Shown: positions 59,981 to 64,000 of the stretch, in pieces
Position numbering within the stretch: position 1 is the first letter of the stretch
How the letters are laid out: each line of letters opens with the position of its first letter
Assembly (NCBI GenBank): GCA_016935015.1
Contig: JAFGRT010000018.1
Location: 22,693 to 86,692 of the forward strand
DNA: 64,000 nt
Reading direction: 5' to 3'
Source: Acidobacteriota bacterium
GTDB lineage: Bacteria; Acidobacteriota; JAAYUB01
The notes under the pieces: model-generated
What the model was told of the DNA's origin: nothing
What the model saw: only the letters and a program-made list of their open reading frames with translations
Databases searched by the model: none
Program-made: the position numbers and the translations under genes

Positions 59981-60942
59981 ATATGATGCGAATCATCCCC
60001 TTTCGCCATTTGCAATACGCTCAGTTGGAACCGCTGCTGCTCCAGGAAAAAGAGGAATGGGAACACCTGTTGGAGTGGGATTTCCATAATGTCATCCTGG
60101 CCTTCCGTTCCATGCTCCCCTCCCGGCTGCTGCCCGGCCTGGCACTGTTGGAAGATGACTGCTGTGTCGGTTATCTGTATGTGGTGCAGCGTGAAATGCG
60201 CTGTATCATCGGCGGCCTCTATTTTCAGCGGGAATTGCGTGATTCTCGCTGGCCGAAACTGTTGCTGGAGCGTCAGCTGGCGGAACTTTCCCTGACTGCG
60301 TCATCTCTGTCCGTCGAAGGCCAGATTACGTTTCCCGGTCCGGAACAATCTTTGCGCGGCGTTTTGGAAGAAGAGGGCTTCCACGTGATGCAACGGAGTT
60401 TCCGGCGGTTGACGAACCTGTCGGCGGAAGTCCCCGCCGCTCCCGACCATGATTTTTTGCTGCGCCCGTTACACTATGCCGACATCGATGCCATGGCGTT
60501 GCTCATGACCACCTGTTACCGGGATCATATCGACGGCCGGGTGTCGGCCCTGTACGCTACGTTCCGCGGCTGCAGCTTCCTGCTCAACCAGCTGATTCTG
60601 AAAGACGGCTGCGGTGCTTTTCAGCCCTGGTGCTCGTTCACCGCCCATTTACGCAATGAATTGATCGGTGTCATTGTCGTGTCCCGCATTTCCGAACGAT
60701 CGTTCTTCGTTTCCCAGATTTTCATCCATCCGCGGCAGCAAAAGAAAGGTTACGGCCGCTATCTTCTCTATGCCTGCATCGACCGTATCGCCCGCCGCGC
60801 GCCCGGCGCCCACCTGGCGCTGACGGTGACCCGGGATAATACGAAGGCGATGGATTGGTATGAGAGAATTGGTTTTACAGAAGTAACACCCAATTTCTCG
60901 TTCATGCGGCCGCCGCCGGAGACGGAATTGTCACCGGACTAA
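59977..60942 (+). CDS. GNAT-family N-acetyltransferase (tandem/duplicated acyl-CoA N-acyltransferase fold)
   Basis: C-terminal GNAT core (QIFIHPRQQKKGYGRYLL...TRDNTKAMDWYERIGF). Confidence 0.6.
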   Translation: MNMMRIIPFRHLQYAQLEPLLLQEKEEWEHLLEWDFHNVILAFRSMLPSRLLPGLALLEDDCCVGYLYVVQREMRCIIGGLYFQRELRDSRWPKLLLERQLAELSLTASSLSVEGQITFPGPEQSLRGVLEEEGFHVMQRSFRRLTNLSAEVPAAPDHDFLLRPLHYADIDAMALLMTTCYRDHIDGRVSALYATFRGCSFLLNQLILKDGCGAFQPWCSFTAHLRNELIGVIVVSRISERSFFVSQIFIHPRQQKKGYGRYLLYACIDRIARRAPGAHLALTVTRDNTKAMDWYERIGFTEVTPNFSFMRPPPETELSPD

Positions 60943-61704
60943 AATCCGGATCATCTGATCGTGGATCCGGCCGTTGGACGCCAGAATCTCCCCATCGAAA
61001 ATAGAATAGGGACCCCCATCGAAACGGCTGACTCTCCCCCCGGCTTCAGTCACGACCACACGGGCGGCGGCCGTATCCCAGGGGTGCAACCGTCGTTCCC
61101 AAAAGCCGTCGAATCGTCCGGCGGCCACGTAGCATAGATTCAGCGCCGCCGATCCGTCTCGCCGCACTGCCTGGGCGGCAGGAAGGACGCGCTCCAGATC
61201 CCCCAGCACGTCCTCATAATGCCGATGGACATCATAGGGAAAGCCCGTGCAGAGCATTCCGTCCTCGAGTTTGGCGACCTCGCTGACACGGATCCGCCTT
61301 CCGTTCAGCCACGCGCCTTCTCCTTCCGCCGCCCAGAACATCTCCTGCAGGACCGGCGCATACACCACCCCGGCCACTTCCCGTCCCTGCCGGCGTAATC
61401 CGATGGACACACAAAACATCGGGTAGCCATGGGCGAAATTCGTGGTCCCGTCGATGGGATCCACCACCCACACGAACTCCTCCGCCAGATTCTCCGCCTC
61501 TCCTTCCTCCCGCAGCAAGCCATGACCGGGAAACTCCTCTCGGAGCTCCGATACGATCTGCTCCTCCACCGCCACATCCGCCTCGGTGACCAGATCGATT
61601 TTCCCCTTTTTCCGGACCTCCACCCCCTGACGGAAATAATGCAACGCCAGGTCGCCCGCTTGCGCGGCGATTTTTACGGCTGTTTCAATGTAGGCAGGGC
61701 TCAT
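60931..61704 (-). CDS. suhB: Inositol monophosphatase-family protein (SuhB-like)
   Basis: Start MSPAYIE with GAAGGAAG RBS. IMPase motifs WVVDPIDGTTNF and WDTAA. Confidence 0.85.
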   Translation of the reverse strand: MSPAYIETAVKIAAQAGDLALHYFRQGVEVRKKGKIDLVTEADVAVEEQIVSELREEFPGHGLLREEGEAENLAEEFVWVVDPIDGTTNFAHGYPMFCVSIGLRRQGREVAGVVYAPVLQEMFWAAEGEGAWLNGRRIRVSEVAKLEDGMLCTGFPYDVHRHYEDVLGDLERVLPAAQAVRRDGSAALNLCYVAAGRFDGFWERRLHPWDTAAARVVVTEAGGRVSRFDGGPYSIFDGEILASNGRIHDQMIRILVR

Positions 61705-61922
61705 GATACTTCCTTCGAAAAGTCTCGTTCTAAAAAGAAATTTTGTCATGAAAATCATCCCAACACAACGCCGCATTGACGCCCGACAGGATGACCGACC
61801 AGGATTGTCCGTCCAAATTGCTGCCGGTCATGAGATTCAACACCGCAATTATGCATTCGGATTATCGCCGATTTATGCTATGCTTGTAACTTTAGTGGAA
61901 TACTTCACAAAAGGAGTGTCTC

Positions 61923-62243
61923 ATGGGAAATATCGATGTGAACGGACAAAACGTCGCCACCAACGAGGAAGGTTTCCTCCTCGATCCGGATGTCTGGTCA
62001 CAGGCTGTGGCGGCGGCGCTGGCCAAAAAGGAGGAAGGCATTAAATCCCTGTCGGAGGATCATTGGGCGGTGATTGATTGCATCCGCGAATACTACACAG
62101 AGAAGCAGCAGGCACCCATGGTTCGTAAAATATGCCAGCAGACCGGTTTCCCACTGAAGTATATTTACCAGCTTTTCCCCTCGGGCCCGGCCAAGGGAGC
62201 CTGCAAGGTCGCCGGTCTGCCCAAGCCGGACGGCTGTGTCTGA
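61923..62243 (+). CDS. dsrC: DsrC-like protein (TusE/DsrC/DsvC family) with both conserved C-terminal cysteines
   Basis: C-terminus ...GACKVAGLPKPDGCV has the penultimate Cys plus a Cys 10 residues upstream, as in bona fide DsrC. AAGGAG RBS. Confidence 0.75.
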   Translation: MGNIDVNGQNVATNEEGFLLDPDVWSQAVAAALAKKEEGIKSLSEDHWAVIDCIREYYTEKQQAPMVRKICQQTGFPLKYIYQLFPSGPAKGACKVAGLPKPDGCV

Positions 62244-62258
62244 TTCCGGAGATCCGGT

Positions 62259-62894
62259 ATGATGACATTGCTGCCGTTTGCCGTTCTGGTTAGCCTGCTG
62301 ATCTGTGTGGCGACTCTGACCGCCATGGTTCTGCGATCCCGTGCGTTCGGAAAAAGGGCGCTGCATGCTGCACCGGTGGCCACCGCAACCCGGGGCATTG
62401 TGTTCGCCTTCGGCACCGGTATGCTGCCCTGGGAAAAAGAGAGCGCCCGCCGGCACTTGTTCACCTATCTCGCTGGAATCATTTACCATGTGGGAGTGTT
62501 CACCGCTGCGGGCTATGTATCGTGGCGCCTGGTGTTCGGTGCGCCGGCCGGTGGTTCAGCGCTGCTGACGGTGTTTCTTCTGCCGGGTGTGGCGGCCGGA
62601 GTCTTTCTGCTGCTGAAGCGGCTGTTCGTCCGGAACATGCGCCGTCTCAGCGTACCCGACGACTACATCTCCAATCTCCTGGTGAACTATCTCCTGGCCG
62701 CCTCAGCCGTGGATGCCGTTACCGGCACCTTCACCCCCGGTCTCTATCTGGCCGTGATCCTCCTGCTGATTTATATTCCACTGGGCAAAATCCGCCACTG
62801 CGTGTTCTTCTTCTATGCCCGTTACCTGCTGGGCCGCTTTCATGGCCGTCGTGGAACCTGGCCCAAACCCGACCTCAACGAGGACGCCTCATGA
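62259..62894 (+). CDS. Small polytopic membrane protein, putative NarI/HdrE/DsrM-like b-type cytochrome
   Basis: 211 aa, ~5 TM. His pairs sit within hydrophobic helices (RRHLFTYLAGIIYH; RHCVFFFYARYLLGRFH). It is translationally coupled to the downstream CCG Fe-S protein. Confidence 0.45.
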   Translation: MMTLLPFAVLVSLLICVATLTAMVLRSRAFGKRALHAAPVATATRGIVFAFGTGMLPWEKESARRHLFTYLAGIIYHVGVFTAAGYVSWRLVFGAPAGGSALLTVFLLPGVAAGVFLLLKRLFVRNMRRLSVPDDYISNLLVNYLLAASAVDAVTGTFTPGLYLAVILLLIYIPLGKIRHCVFFFYARYLLGRFHGRRGTWPKPDLNEDAS

Positions 62895-64000
62895 CACCAT
62901 CATTTCCCGCCCTTACCATCATGGAGGCCAAGATCCGCCAACTGACGGAAAAGGATCTGGAGCGGGCCCTGCAGGTCTTTCGCCGGAGCCTGGATCACGA
63001 GGCGTCCGCCTACCTCAATTCGTGTGTGCACTGCGGTCTGTGTGACGTATCGTGCCACTATTTCCTGACCTATCATGATCTTGAATCCATGCCCGCCTAC
63101 AAGCTGAAGCTGGTCACCGACGTCTTCAAGGGGCACTTCAGCCGATTGGGACGCACGCTACCCGGCCTGATCGGAGCCAAGAAACTGGATCACGCCATGA
63201 TCCGGGCCTGGCTGGACTCCCTTTTCGGCCGCTGCTCCCTGTGCGGCCGCTGTTCCATCAATTGCTCCATCGGCATCAACATCACGCAACTGATCCGGGC
63301 CGCCCGCGGCGCCCTGGCCGCCATCGGCCTGGTACCGCCCGGCCTGCAGTCCACCGTGGACACGGCCATCCAAAAAGGGAACAACATGGGAATCCCCCGG
63401 GAGGACTGGCTGGAAACCGTGGAATGGCTGGAAGAGGAGCTGCAGGCCGAAGTCGACGATCCCTCCGCCCGGCTGCCGCTCGATGAGCCCGACGTGAATC
63501 TGTTTTACACCATCAACCCCCGGGAGGCCATGTTTTTTCCGCTGTCCATTCTGGCCGCCGCCAAGATTTTTTACGCCGCCGGCGAAAGCTGGACCTTCTC
63601 CCGCGAAAATTACGACGTGACCAACTACGGGCTGTACAGTGGTGACGACGCCGTGGCCGGCACCTTGTCCAACCGACTGGTTGAATCCATGCTCGCCCTG
63701 AAGGCCGGGACCCTGGTTCTGGCCGAATGCGGGCACGGCTTCAACTCCAACCGCTGGGAAGCACCGGAATGGCTGTCGAAACATTACCCATTTCCGGTGA
63801 AAAGCGTGCTGGAAATCGTCGCCGACTACATTCGAGACGGCCGCATCCGCCTCGATCCGTCGCGGAATTCCAAAACCGTGACGCTGCATGATCCGTGCAA
63901 TCTGGTCCGCCTGGGAGGGATCATCGAGGAACAGCGGTTTATCCTGCGGCATGCCGTGGCCGATTTCGTCGAGATGACACCCAACCGCGAAAAGAACTAC
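62891..64000 (+). CDS. CCG-domain iron-sulfur protein (HdrD/DsrK/GlpC-like), 3'-truncated by window end
   Basis: Two Cx2Cx2Cx3C motifs (CVHCGLCDVSC, CSLCGRCSINC) followed by a Cys-rich CCG region (LAECGHGFNS...LHDPCNL). It is missing from the ORF track because it has no stop in the window. Confidence 0.7.
   Translation, partial: MTPSFPALTIMEAKIRQLTEKDLERALQVFRRSLDHEASAYLNSCVHCGLCDVSCHYFLTYHDLESMPAYKLKLVTDVFKGHFSRLGRTLPGLIGAKKLDHAMIRAWLDSLFGRCSLCGRCSINCSIGINITQLIRAARGALAAIGLVPPGLQSTVDTAIQKGNNMGIPREDWLETVEWLEEELQAEVDDPSARLPLDEPDVNLFYTINPREAMFFPLSILAAAKIFYAAGESWTFSRENYDVTNYGLYSGDDAVAGTLSNRLVESMLALKAGTLVLAECGHGFNSNRWEAPEWLSKHYPFPVKSVLEIVADYIRDGRIRLDPSRNSKTVTLHDPCNLVRLGGIIEEQRFILRHAVADFVEMTPNREKNY

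Noticed and set aside
63158-63952. 264-aa minus-strand ORF at window end
   Set aside because: It is antisense to the CCG-domain Fe-S protein gene, which has clear Cx2Cx2Cx3C motifs.

Overview
This is a 64-kb high-GC (~60-65%) chromosomal window from a Gram-negative (diderm) bacterium. It is densely packed with genes, has no rRNA, tRNA, CRISPR array or recognisable mobile element, and looks like core chromosome with some accessory envelope loci. Gene calls rest on recognising family signatures in the supplied ORF translations; starts were refined from RBS and overlap context.

Main blocks, in order:
- 1-6080: a conserved lipid-modification cluster (SDR, DUF2878, FAD amine-oxidase-like, and a DUF1365 domain fused in-frame to cyclopropane-fatty-acyl-phospholipid synthase), arranged around a divergent AT-rich promoter.
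- 6172-10689: tatD, a hotdog thioesterase with a coupled secreted protein, membrane proteins and an MBL-fold hydrolase.
- 10784-13597: an S41 C-terminal processing protease followed by an AIM24-family protein with an N-terminal GYF-like domain.
- 13796-19318: a nucleoside salvage operon (pdp-nupC-PNP-cdd) whose last gene is translationally coupled to an orphan cytoplasmic GAF-GAF histidine kinase.
- 19403-24623: rpsU, then divergent rpsO-pnp, converging through a bidirectional terminator on an RNase E/G-family gene that carries a ~200-aa charged insertion.
- 24882-36987: a FadL/PorV-like outer-membrane protein, an RHH+YccF pair with an AT-rich palindromic operator, and a long minus-strand operon (membrane protein, nitroreductase, Hanks Ser/Thr kinase with TPR, periplasmic TPR protein, 1456-aa secreted protein with CSLREA motif, beta-helix and FG-GAP repeats). 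A G9 homopolymer sits in that operon's putative promoter region.
- 37146-44417: an ECF sigma/anti-sigma pair with an HD-domain protein, fsa/transaldolase, and hslVU with a coupled Fn3 lipoprotein.
- 44461-57237: frr, transporters (NhaC, AEC, orphan FtsX/MacB-like permease), a Tat-signal aldo/keto reductase with a ferredoxin domain, an FAD-linked oxidase, yidD and lpdA.
- 57390-61704: a B12-binding radical SAM gene followed by PilZ-HAD-GNAT, and an inositol monophosphatase.
- 61923-64000: a dsrC-like gene, a small NarI/DsrM-like membrane protein and a CCG-domain Fe-S protein (DsrK/HdrD-like), truncated by the window end.

I could not single out one clearly novel system. The strongest candidates are the Ser/Thr kinase / TPR / giant surface-protein operon with its poly-G tract, the RHH-YccF module, the histidine kinase coupled to the nucleoside operon, the RNase E/G with an S1-domain insertion, and the DsrC-DsrMK-like module.
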